Assembly (NCBI RefSeq): GCF_006345805.1 | Contig: NC_043002.1 | Location: 106,950,001 to 107,014,000, forward strand | Direction: 5' to 3' | Origin: Octopus sinensis | Lineage: Eukaryota | Length of the DNA stretch: 64,000 nt | Part shown: one piece after another, positions 25,095 to 36,905 of the stretch | How positions within the stretch are numbered: the stretch's first letter is position 1 | Layout: each line of letters starts with the position of its first letter | Program-made: the position numbers and the translations under genes | The notes under the pieces: model-generated | What the model was told of the DNA's origin: nothing | The model's input: only the letters and a program-made list of their open reading frames with translations | The model's database searches: none

Positions 25095-25580
25095 ACTTTA
25101 TATATAAAAGTAAGGTTGTGTGTCTGTCTCCTACAATTTAGATTCCTAACTACTCCCACATTTTGCGGTGCAGTTTAACCAAAACCGGGTATCTTATAGT
25201 CGAGATTCATATCGAGCCCTTCTGGGTATTAGCGCGCATCTACGATGAGTCTACGATTTAAAAAAAAATTCACCATCATTATTTTCCATTTTAATGCATT
25301 TTTTCGCTATTATATAAGGGAAGTAACTCTCTAAAAATGTCTACGATGAGTCAACGATTTAAAAAAAAATTTACCATAATTTTTTCCCATTTTTAATGCA
25401 TTTTTCGCTATTATATAAGGGAAGTAACTCTCTAAAAATGTCTACGATGAGTCAACGATTTAAAAAAAAATTCACCATCATTATTTTCCATTTTAATGCA
25501 TTTTTTGGCTATAACTCTCTAAAAATGCTTATATAGTTATTTCCCTTACAAACCCGAGCAACGCCGGGCAATACTGCTAG
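25095..25580 (+). mobile_element. Non-autonomous Helitron with an extra internal duplication
   Basis: Same family; CCCGAGCAACGCCGGG hairpin and CTAG|T end; three CTACGATGAGTC units. Confidence 0.8.
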
Positions 25581-25727
25581 TACTTTATACAGTCATTTAA
25601 TCACCTATTGAATGAAGTGGCACAGAATGGGGGGTGGGGGTCTAAGGATCAAAACCACAGACTGAAAGGAATGGATTCTATTTTTGATATTTATACATAG
25701 CAAGTGAGTTGTCTACAAATATGCCAA

Positions 25728-25768
<41 letters not shown>

Positions 25769-25771
<3 letters not shown>

Positions 25772-26160
25772 TTATATATAAAGTGAGATTGTGTGTCTGT
25801 CTCCTACGATTTAGATTCCTAACTACTCCCACATTTTGCAGTGCAGTTTAACCAAAACTGGGTATCTTATAGTCGTGATTCATATCGAGCAATTCTGGGT
25901 ATTAGCACGCATCTACGATGAGCCTACGATTTAAAAAAAAATTTACCATCAATTTTTCCCATTTTTTAATGTATTTTTGGCATATATAAGGGAAGTAACT
26001 CTCTAAAAATTTATTAAATCTCAGAACGTGAAAAGCTACAGTAACACCCCCCCCCTTTGTGGTTAACCATATTGAGATGGCTATTATACTTTACATCTCT
26101 AAAAATGCTTATATAGTTATTTCCCTTACAAACCCGAGCAACGCCGGGCGATACTGCTAG
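25769..26160 (+). mobile_element. Non-autonomous Helitron (second subfamily) in a (TA)n tract
   Basis: A|TC...CTAG|T. Confidence 0.8.
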
Positions 26161-27216
26161 TATATATATATATATATATATATATATAGCTTTCCAACCA
26201 CATTGTTCCAGGTTCAGTCCCAGACCAACTATTCCCTTGTGAGCAAATTTGGTAGATGGAAACTGCAAGAAGCCTGTCATATATCTATGTGTGTGTCTTT
26301 GTTTCCCCCACCACTGCTTGACAACCAGTGTTGGTATGATTACATCCCTATAACTTAGCAGTTCAACAAGAGACTGATAGAATAACTAACAAGATTTTTT
26401 TAAATGCCAAGGTTGATTCATCTGACAAAAAATCCTTCAAGGCACTGCACCAGTATGGTCGCAGTTTAATGACTGAAACAAGTAAAAGATAAAAAATACC
26501 TAACTACAGAAATAGATACAAATGTTATAATGTATACAGATTCAAGGGGTCACCAACTGACTGGGATACACCAAAACCCAATTAGTGTAGTGGGCAGAGA
26601 CAAAAGCAGCAGGACTTCTCTCAGAATAATCATTACATTTGTTTTAATAAGGCTTCAATAAAAAGATAACACTAGGAAGAATGTTAAAAATTCAGCAGAT
26701 CCGTAAGATAAAAGATATGAAGAAAATATTTTAATCACAAGTTTATCATAGCAACAAATGAAGGAGTTTCTACATAGTCACACAACTTGCTAAACATAGC
26801 AACCTAATTACCTTGCGAATTATAATCTAAATGCATTTGAAATATTTAGACAACTTCTTAAATATGCTTGCAGCTTTTCTGATCAGTTGACTAAAATTTT
26901 AATTGTTTTGTAAAAAAAACAAATTATAAAACTTTTCATCATTTTTTTCTTATATATTATAGCTTAGTAGAAGGAATTCAAGTTCACAGACACTTCTTTA
27001 CAGGTCAATGTACACAGTTCCATGAGGATTGATTGAAGGAACTCATCCAAGAGGATTTATACTAATCCACTAGGGAATTGGCCCAGCAGACAAGATGTTC
27101 ATTCGATGAGTGAGTTCCCCCCCAAAAAACCACATCAGTAACACAGCATGCTTCTTCAACACAACAACACTTGCCCCACATCACTAATTTGTCCATAAAT
27201 GGTATTCAAGATCCAT

Positions 27217-27481
27217 TTCTGTATTTAAGAGATGAGGAATTATGTACATTATTTACATTTGACGGATATTTGTCCTCATTCTGTTTGTTGTTAACACAAC
27301 ATTTCCGCTGATATATACCCTCCAGCCTTCATCAGGTGTCTTGGGAAAATTTCAAACTTGGATTCTCATTCCTAAGGTATTTTTCAATATTATTATTATT
27401 ATTATTCAGGTCACTGCCTGGAATCGAACTCGGAATCTTGGGGTTAGTAGCCTGTGTTCTTGACCACTACACCACATGCCC
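27217..27481 (-). mobile_element. Family E SINE, full length (tRNA head with A/B boxes, degenerate hammerhead at 27293-27340)
   Basis: Head GGGCATGTGGTGTAGTGG...GAGTTCGATTCCAGGCAGTGACC. Direct repeat AATGGTATTCAAGA at 27198-27211 and 27498-27511. Confidence 0.85.
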
Positions 27482-28195
27482 GTGGGCATATGTAAATAAT
27501 GGTATTCAAGAGTTTGTAAGTTTTACTGCACCGATTGTTGTCTTCTGGCATATCACCTTCAGATTATTACCTTTTTTTTTAAATTTTTTTTTTTAGTTGC
27601 TTTCCTACAATCTGTGAGGCCTCAGCAATGATGTGGAGCCGAAAACATGACTCAAACTCTTTGAGTCAAGACCTGAAGCTTTCTACCATCAAGGAATTAA
27701 CAAGCAAGCAGAATGCTGGCAAAAAGTCATGAAAAATGAAAGAGGATTGATTTTTTTTTTTGAAATTGATGAAATATAAGGATTAATAATAAAAGCAAAA
27801 ATAAAAAAAATTATCTGACAACCATATATATATATATAATATATATATATATAGACATATACATATATAAATAAAACTCTCATACTGTTGGTTACAATGA
27901 CAAGTGTAACAGTCAATCCAATCAATGGAACAGGCTGCTTGTGAAGTCAATGTGCAAGTGGCTGAGCACTCCACAGGCATGTGTACTTTTAACATAGTTT
28001 CCAGGGAGATTTAGCATGACACAGAATGTGACAAGGCTGGCCATTTAAAATACAGGTACAACTCATTTTTTCCAGGTGAGTGGACCGGAACAAAATGAAA
28101 TAAAGTGTCTTGCTGAAGGACGCATTGCACTGCCAGGATCAAACTCGCAACCTTACACTTGTGATCCGAATACCCTAACCACTTGGACACGTGCC

Positions 28196-28234
<39 letters not shown>

Positions 28235-28236
<2 letters not shown>

Positions 28237-28830
28237 TAATCATCACCATCATTTAATGTCTGCTTTTCATGCTGGCATGGGATGGATGGTTTGACTGAGG
28301 ACTGGTGACCCAGAAGGCTGCACCAGGCTCCAATCTGATCTGGCAAGGTTCTACAGCTGGATGCCGTTCCTAACACTAACCGCTCCGAGAGTGTGGTGGG
28401 TGCTTTTTATGTACTACCAGCATGGGCGCCAGTCAGGTGGCACTGGCATCGACCATGCTCAAATGTTGCTTTTCATGTGTCACTGCCACAGGTGCCAGTC
28501 AGGCGGCACTGGCATCGACCATGTTCAAATGGTGCTTTTTATGTGTCACTGCCACAGGTGCCAGTCAGGCGGCACTGGCATCGACCACACTCGAAAGGTA
28601 CTTTTTATGCGCCACTGGCATGGAAGCCAGTCAAGTGGCACTGGCATCGACCACGACAACAATTTCACTTGACTCAACAGGTCTTCTCAAGCACAGCATA
28701 TTGCCCAACGACTGAAGGGTACTTTTAAATGGCCCAGTTATGCAACACTGGAATCAGCCATGGCTACGATCTCATTTGGTTTGCCGAGTCTTCTCAAGCA
28801 GCTACAATCTCACTTGGCTCGCCAATGTTA
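28235..28830 (-). mobile_element. RTE 3' tail element with 66-bp tandem units
   Basis: Same tail and core, plus three or more GGCACTGGCATCGACCA units at 66-bp spacing. Confidence 0.8.
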
Positions 28831-29842
28831 AATTGCACCCACTTTTTTTTTTCAAATCATTAAAATTATATCAAAACCAAAGTAAATTATTTGAGAAAAT
28901 GCTATGATGAGAATCATGGCACCCCTTGTAAAAATGGACTAGCCGTACTCATAGAAGTAGCAGCGTGTTTGACAGAGGGACAGATGAGAAATCGCAGGCA
29001 GTCGAAAGTTGTTGTTCATGAGTTCATGGAGTCGCAGGAAATTGAAAAGTTGTTATAGTTTGTTGCAAGTTGTTTTGGATTGGTTACAGTTGTTGGCATA
29101 GTATTTGGGAATACACCAAGTGGAGACAGTTGGTGTCTACCCCATTTTCATAGCATCGTATATCACGCTGTATTAGTGTATGACATGAATGTGACATATA
29201 CAGAACCCCCCCCCCCCCGTTATAAAAGAAAATTCCTGTTATTAAAAGTATAGATATTAGTTAAGATTTTTCTTTTTGTGTATATGTCTTTCAGCATTGT
29301 TAATGCTTACCAAAAAAAAAAAAAAATTGTTTATATATGTATGCATGTTTGTGTTTTTGTGTATGTATATCTCTTATTATAAAAGGCAGATTTTATCTGC
29401 CTCCCTTTGGGAGTTATACAAATCTACAATATAGGATTTCTTCAATTACAATTTACCTTGCATTTTTAAGAGTACAATGCATCGCGTCATACCAGGTCCA
29501 GTTTTTAAAATTTAAACTCCAATTAAGCAAAATTTACAGAAAACTCACATTCTGGTGTGTGTGTCAAATGCTTTTCTTAGTCTGGTTTACAGCACACGCA
29601 AACGCACACACACAGTGGGCAACGAATAAAATGAAAGTAATTGACTTACTGTAGTGAGTGATTCTTTCACTCAGCCTCCCACTTCCTCTTTCAACACATA
29701 GACACGCAAATATATAAATAAAATTGTAAGCTAACGTGCGTGTGTGTGAGTGGGTGTGTGTGCGCGTGTGTGTGTGTGTGCGTGAGTGTGTGACAGGAAA
29801 GTTTTTTACAACGAATATAACACCTATATCCAAGTAGCAGAA

Positions 29843-30323
29843 AGATAAGACAGTAAGGTGTGATTTGAGGGAGATTTGGCTGCTATTTCTACCATGTCTA
29901 GCTGCCATGTAGGGGTCTCCCTCATAGGCTCATACATACATATATACATAGATAAGACAGTAAGGTGTGATTTGGGGGAAATTTGGCTGCTATTTCTACC
30001 AGGTCTAGCTGCCATGTAGGGGTCTCCCTCATAGGCTCATACATACATATATACATAGATAAGACAGTAAGGTGTGATTTGGGGGAAATTTGGCTGCTAT
30101 TTCTACCAGGTCTAGCTGCCATGTAGGGGTCTCCCTCATAGGCTCATACATACATATATACATAGATAAGACAGTAAGGTGTGATTTGGGGGAAATTTGG
30201 CTGCTATTTCTACCAGGTCTAGCTACCATGTAGAGGTCCCCCTCATTGGCTCATATATATATACATACATAAGACAGTAAGGTGTGATTTGAGGGAGATT
30301 TGGCTGCTGTTTCTACCAGGTCT
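29843..30323. repeat. 107-bp tandem array, about 4.5 copies
   Basis: AGATAAGACAGTAAGG at 29843, 29950, 30057 and 30164, with a partial unit at 30269. Confidence 0.93.
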
Positions 30324-30680
30324 GTTAGGCCTTCTCATGTAAACTCAAGCTTTCTCATGCCTTGAACATAAGACCAAAGCAGAGAATGTATTCTTTTATT
30401 CTTCTGCTTTTTCCAGCCATTGGTCTGTGGCCATGCTGGGGCAATGCCTTGAAGAATTGTAGTTTAATGAATCAACTCCAGTTTTATTTTTGTAAGCATT
30501 GTACTTATTCTATCTGTTTCCTTTGTCAAACCACTAGGTGACAGGGATGTAAACAAACCAACATTCGTTGTCAAGCAGTGGTGGAGGACAATCACAAGCA
30601 CAGACACGCACACACACACACATACATGCATACACATATACACACATACATACATATATATATATGTGTGTATATATATA

Positions 30681-31003
30681 TTGCAGCCTGGAAGGTGTTT
30701 CTAAGTCATTTAAGAAACACACAAAAACCGTTACATTCACTTCAACATTTAAATTTAATTTGCCAAAATATTTTCGTCGCTTTGAGACCGCGACCTGTTC
30801 ACTGACAAAAATATCGTGCTAACAGGTCGCGGTCTCAAAGCGACGAAAATATTTTGACAAATTAAATTTAAATGTTGAAGTGAATCTAACGGTTTTTGTG
30901 TGTTTCTTAAATGGCTTATAAACACCTTCAACGCTGCAACTGTTTTCGTTCCAGCACACGATCTCAGATCAAGTCACTTGCTATGCAAGTACATCTCTGT
31001 AAC
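30681..31003. mobile_element. Penelope-like fold-back insertion (119-bp inverted arms, 21-bp spacer) in a (TA)n tract
   Basis: 30681-30799 is the near-perfect reverse complement of 30821-30939. The right arm continues as a longer tail to ~31003. Confidence 0.75.
30759..30809 (-). ncRNA. Variant minimal hammerhead with G3-C8 core swap
   Basis: UUUGUCA-GUGAACA-G-GUCGC(GGUCUCAAA)GCGAC-GAAA-AUAU-UU-UGGCAAA. Confidence 0.65.
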
Positions 31004-31026
31004 TATATATATATTTATATATATAT

Positions 31027-31714
31027 CTCTCCCCCTCTTTTTACATTGTCTGTCTGGACTCCTATGCATACTTAAGCTAGTAACCTGCCTCATTCTTGAT
31101 TCCGAATTCCTTTTGCCAAGACTGTCCGTAAACGAAGTGATCCCAAGATAAGAAATCCTTGAACTTTAATTCATCCCGTATTTCTATTTATTATTATTAT
31201 TTATTAATTATTATTATTATTCTGATCCCCCTAGACGCCACTCTGTTTACTATTTCAGCCTCGCCTCGTTTTTGCATATTCTGTATAATTCACTAGTTAT
31301 CGTTATAGATATTTAAGATCTATTCTCCCTTACAGGGCTGATAGAAATTGGCTGCCGATTCTTCGCGCCCTTCTCTCCCCCTCTTTTTACATTGTCTGTC
31401 TGGACTCCTATGCATACTTAAGCTAGTAACCTGCCTCATTCTTGATTCCGAATTCCTTTTGCCAGACTGTCCGTAAACGAAGTGATCCCAAGATAAGAAA
31501 TCCTTGAACTTTAATTCATCCCGTATTTCTATTTATTATTATTATTTATTAATTATTATTATTCTGATCCCCCTAGACGCCACTCTGTTTACTATTTCAT
31601 TTCAGCCTCGCCTCGTTTTTGCATATTCTGTATAATTCACTAGTTATCGTTATAGATATTTAAGATCTATTCTCCCTTATAGGGCTGATAGAAATTGGCT
31701 GCCGATTCTTCGCG
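31027..31714. repeat. 346-bp direct tandem duplication
   Basis: CTCTCCCCCTCTTTTTACATTG starts at 31027 and 31373; the units are near-identical. Confidence 0.92.
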
Positions 31715-31791
31715 GCGCGCCCGCCCTACCCACCCCCACCACCAATACCGAATATCTCTATTTTGCTCCAACTATACCGGATGTCGTTTCT

Positions 31792-32268
31792 CCCACCACC
31801 ATTATAGGTGTCTACTCTTTGAACCCCCCCTCTCAATACGCTATTTCACCATGCATTACCCCTCTCTCGATATCCTACGTTCTACTTGCCTAGAACCTGT
31901 CCTCTGAACCCCCCCTCCCACTGGTGCTCCCCTATATTTCTGCACCCCCCCACCACCATTATAGGTGTCTACTCTTTGAACCCCCCTCTTCAATACGCTA
32001 TTTCACCATGCATTACCCCTCTCTCGATATCCTACGTTCTACTTGCCTAGAACCTGTCCTCTGAACCACCCCTCCCACTGGTGCTCCCCTATATTTCTGC
32101 ACCCCCCCACCACCATTATAGGTGTCTACTCTTTGAACCCCCCTCTTCAATACGCTATTTCACCATGCATTACCCCTCTCTCGGTATCCTACGTTCTACT
32201 TGCCTAGTACCTGTCCTCTGAACCATCCCTCCCACTGGTGCTCCCCTATATTTCTGCACCCCCCCCAT
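31792..32268. repeat. 157-bp C-rich tandem repeat, 3 copies
   Basis: ATTATAGGTG at 31801, 31958 and 32115. Confidence 0.92.
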
Positions 32269-32269
32269 A

Positions 32270-32506
32270 AAAAGCACCATCCGAACGTGGCCGATGCCAG
32301 ACCCCTCTGGCACCTGTGCAGGTGCACGTAAAAAACCCACTACACTCGCGGAGTGGTTGGCGTTAGGAAGGGCATCCAGCTGTAGAAACACTGCCAGACT
32401 AGACTGGAGCCTGGGGCAGTCCCGAGCTCCCCAGACCCCAGTCGAAACCGTCCAACCCGTGCTAGCGCGGAAAACGGACGTTAAATGATGATGATGATGA
32501 TGATGA
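32270..32506 (+). mobile_element. RTE 3' tail element
   Basis: AAAAGCACCATCCG...GGTTGGCGTTAGGAAGGGCATCCAGC...GGAAAACGGACGTTAAAT(GAT)n. Confidence 0.85.
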
Positions 32507-32580
32507 TATATGTATATTGGTAAAAACAGTAAGATAACAAAAGAAAGAAAGAGACCTCAATATTATGTAAATAGAGGAAA

Positions 32581-32976
32581 TCTTTATATATAAAAGTGAG
32601 GTTGTGTGTCTGTCTCCTACGATTTAGATTCCTAACTACTCCCACATTTTGCGGTGCAGTTTAACCAAAACCGGGTATCTTATAGTCGTGATTCATATCG
32701 AGACCGTCTGGGTATTAGCGCGCGTCTACGATGAGTCTACGATTTAAAAAAAAATTTACCATCAATTTTTCCCATTTTTAATCCATTTTTGACATATATA
32801 AGGGAAGTATCTCCCTAAAAATTTATTATTAAATCTCAGAACGTAAAAAGCTACAGTAACACCCCTCCCCCTTTGTGGTTAGCCATATTGAGATGGCTAT
32901 TATACTTTACATCTCTAAAAATGCTTATATAATTATTTCCCTTACAAACCCGAGCAACGCCGGGCGATACTGCTAG
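32581..32976 (+). mobile_element. Non-autonomous Helitron (second subfamily)
   Basis: A|TC...CTAG|T. Confidence 0.8.
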
Positions 32977-32989
32977 TATATATATACAT

Positions 32990-33390
32990 GGCGCAGGAGT
33001 GGCTGTGTGGTAAGTAGCTTGCTAACCAACCACATGGTTCTGGGTTCAGTCCCACTGCGTGACATCTTGGGCAAGTGTCTTCTGCTATAGCCCCGGGCCG
33101 ACCAATGCCTTGTGAGTGGATTTGGTAGACGGAAACTGAAAGAAGCCTGTCGTATATATGTATGTATATATATATATATGTATGTGTGTGTATGTGTTTA
33201 TGTGTCTGTTTGTCTCTCTAGCATTGCTTGACAACCGATGCTGGTGTGTTTACGTCCCTGTCACTTAGCGGTTCGGCAAAAAGAGACGGATAGAATAAGT
33301 ACTGGGCTTAAGTCCTGGAGTCGATTTGCTCAACTAAAGGCGCTGCTCCAGCATGGCCGCAGTCAAATGACTGAAACAAGTAAAAGAGTA
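32990..33390 (+). mobile_element. SINE family A
   Basis: Same head and tail; starts just after the Helitron 3' end. Confidence 0.88.
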
Positions 33391-33789
33391 TATATAAATA
33401 TATCCTCTCTAGGTACAAGACCTGAAATTTGGGGGTAGGGGGCCAGTCAATTAGATCGACCCCAGTATGCAATTGGTGCTTAGTTTATCAAGGATGAAAG
33501 GCAAAGTCTATCTCGGTGGAATAACGATAGATATACACACACAAAGTAGGTCAATGATTAAAACCAATGAAATATTACAACTTACATATATTCACTCCCT
33601 GACTCGTAGAATAGGAATGCTAAATAATTAAATAATGACATGACATACTTAAGAAAAACTTTCGATTTGATTTCACCAACTCGTCCTCCCACCCCCACCT
33701 CCACACAAATCCAGACACATCAAGGAAACTAAGTAAAATTTAATTTTGATTTAAATAAATCTATTTCAAATTTAGCCTAGCCCTACCTA

Positions 33790-34030
33790 ACTTCTAGTTT
33801 ATATTTGTGTATGATTTCTCATAGAGAAGTTGTGCAAAGAAGTGCTGATCTCTAAGGAGGGAACCTGTGATAGAGGTAGGTCCAGGAAGACATGGGATGA
33901 GGTGGTGAAGCATGATCTTTGGACTTTGAGTCTCACAGAGGTGATGACCAGTAACCGAGATCTTTGGCAATATGCTGGTGTCACATAACTGGCACCTGTG
34001 CCGGTGACACGTAAAAAGCACCTTTCAAGC
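33790..34030 (+). mobile_element. RTE 3' fragment
   Basis: GGTAGGTCCAGGAAGACATGGGATGAGGTGGTGAAGCATGATCTT matches the C-terminal coding region of the RTE ORF. Confidence 0.75.
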
Positions 34031-36029
34031 GTCAGACTTCACGGAGGAAAAATGGCTGATGGTGTGACTGAGACCCCCTTTGATCAACAGGGTCTGCTGA
34101 ATCAGGATTGACCTGGAGTTAAACAAAAACAAATACTGCACGTACCATTCAGTCAGCATGCAGTACCGACTCTCATATCTTATTCAACACTGCATATCTA
34201 ATAGAGCTTACTTGAGATAACTTATTCCAAAAAAGACCAGTCTTACACAGCAGAAGATCCTTAAGAAGACCCGTCCTTCAGAACATAAGTGTTAAGGCTG
34301 CTCCCCCTGATGAGAAGGATTAGCCTGCAAGAGCTCTGGGTCGGTGCCTCAAAGGTGCTCATGTGGTACCACATTAAAAGCACCCAGCAGCACACACTGT
34401 AAAGTGGTTGGTGTTAAGATGGACATCTAGCTATAGAAACCACACCAAATCAGACTAGAACCTGGTGCAGCTCTAGTCACACTGCCCAACCCATGCCAGC
34501 ATAGAAAACAGCTGTTAAAGGATGATGATGATGAGAATCCTTGAATAAACAATGTGAAGAACAGCAACTGTTGTGCTCTGATCAAGTTCACCTTGCCTGC
34601 TTCAACCACTAGCAGGATCTAGAAGAAAACAAAAATGACAAGTGATGAGAGCACATGTCTAAATTGTTGTACTGCACCTCAAATGATTAGCCAAGGGAGC
34701 AAGTAATATTCCGTACAGTCATGATACAAGTGGGTCACACCTAATCATTCAGCCGACTATTTATGTGCTCTATATGTTTGTTCAAACAAATCTAACCTCA
34801 GTTACACAGCAACCGATTAAAAAAAAAAAAAATACCAAAGCTGATAGAAAATGATATAGATTATCAAATCTATTCATATTTTTGCCTTTGTGCATTTAAA
34901 AAAAAAATATGTGTGTCTGTATATATATATATATATATATCCCTAGCAAAAGCAAGCTCACTATTCACTATTCAGCAAGCATACAAGATTTCAGGGATAC
35001 TAAATGTTTTATATATATACTCCTTTTGTTCTTTTAGCTCCAGTCATAATAGTCAATGTCAGCGACCTCAGCAACTATAAGCCTCAAGAGGACGAAGGAC
35101 TAAGTGAGTACGAACAACAATTGGACTCCAAATGTAAAGGAACTTAAAAGAATAAATAGCAACTATCTAATGCTTCACTGATTAGGCCATCCATTTGCAA
35201 TAAATAATATTCAGTGTGTGTGGACATACTTTCAGCTTTCTCTCCTTCCAAATTTTACATTTTTTCTTCATTTCATCATCATCATCACTATAATAATATT
35301 TCAATTTAATAATATTTGCAGGCATAGGAGTGGCATTGTGGTAAGTAGCTTGCTTACCACCACATAGCACCGAGTTCAGTCCCACTGCATAGCACCTAGG
35401 GCAAGTGTCTTATACTATAGCCCCGGGCCGACCAAAGCCTTGTGAGTGGATTTGGTAGATGGAAACTGAAAGAAGCCTGTCATATATGTGTGTGTGTGTG
35501 TGTGTTCCCCCACCATTGCTTGACAACCGATTGTTAGTGTGTTTACGTCCCCGTAACTTAGCGGTTCAGCAAGAGACACCAATAGAATAAGTACTAGGCT
35601 TACAAAGAATAATCCTAGGGTGGATTTGTTCGACTAAAGGTGGTGCTCCACCATGGCCGCAGTCAAATGACTGAAATAAATAAAGAATAAAAAAATTTCT
35701 ATCTACACACACACAAAACTAAAAATTATTATAGTATTGAGTTTGAATTTATATAACATTAAGACAATTGCTGATGCTTTAGGATAATTCTCAGGGAGCA
35801 AGAGAAGTGTTTATTCCTCATTCATTGACAAGAGAATGGAAAAAGTGAAGAATGAATGGATATAAAAGAACTAGTTACTCCACAAGCATGCTTGAGGCCA
35901 GAAAGGGAGAGAGTTTGGTAAAGAGTGGGGAGAGAAAATTAAAATGAAAAGAGGAAGATTAAAACAGGTGAAAAAGAAGACGACAATTATTGATCAAAAA
36001 AGTAGGAAAAGTTTTTATTTTTTAGTGGC

Positions 36030-36905
36030 CAGGTCAGTGACCAGCTGACAGTATCCACATCTGGACTGTTGCCATAGTAATGAAGCTAAAGCACAGAGTG
36101 AAGCCACTTGGCACAGACTGACCTTGAACACTGCTGTGCATGTGCACTAAGATTTAACGTCCTAGCTCACTTCCACTGTTTACAGCAGTGCTTGGAAGGA
36201 AGGTGTGTGTAGCGTGTTGATTGTTGCATTGACCATGACAGAGAAAGTTGAGCAGAGAATCTGCATCAAATTTTGCCAAAAGCTTGGCGATACCTGCTCA
36301 GAGGCCTATGCAAAGTTTCCAAAAAGTTTTCATCCTTCTCGACAGAATCAAAGAGATCTTGTGCAACTGCAACTCAAGTGTCTTCTTGGTCAGCTGAAAG
36401 CAGTTTTGGCACAAACTTGGCAGACACGCGTCTCATACTCAAACCTTCAGTTATGATGGACTGAGCTGAAACTAATCTGCACATCCTCTAATTCACGGAT
36501 GGTGATTCGATGATTTCCCCTTACAGCTGCACACACATCTGCAATGTTTTTCTCAGAACATTTGCCAATATCAACATATCTTCCAGCTATCTTAGAAACA
36601 TCTGAACCACTCATACACTTATGTGCAGCTCATGCACTCCTCTCCATACACTTTCTGCAACTTTGTGTAGGCCCCTGATCAGGTATTGCCATGACAACTT
36701 TCTCTGCCGTAGTCAATATGATGATCACACGCTACACATCTTCCTTCCAAGCACTGCTGTAAACAGCAGGTGAGCTAGAACGTTAAAACTTAGTGCATGT
36801 GCACTGCAGAGTTCAAGGTCAATCTGTGCCAAGTAGCTTCATTCTGCATGCTTTAGCTTTGTTACTATGGAAACAAGCCTGGATACTTACTGATAAGACC
36901 TTGTA
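36030..36905. mobile_element. Mariner-derived non-autonomous element built from two inverted 5' ends
   Basis: Plus arm encodes MTEKVEQRICIKFCQKLGDTCSEAYAKF (mariner N-terminus). The minus arm repeats it and extends to VSAKFVPKLL. Arms are inverted over ~270 bp. Confidence 0.8.
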
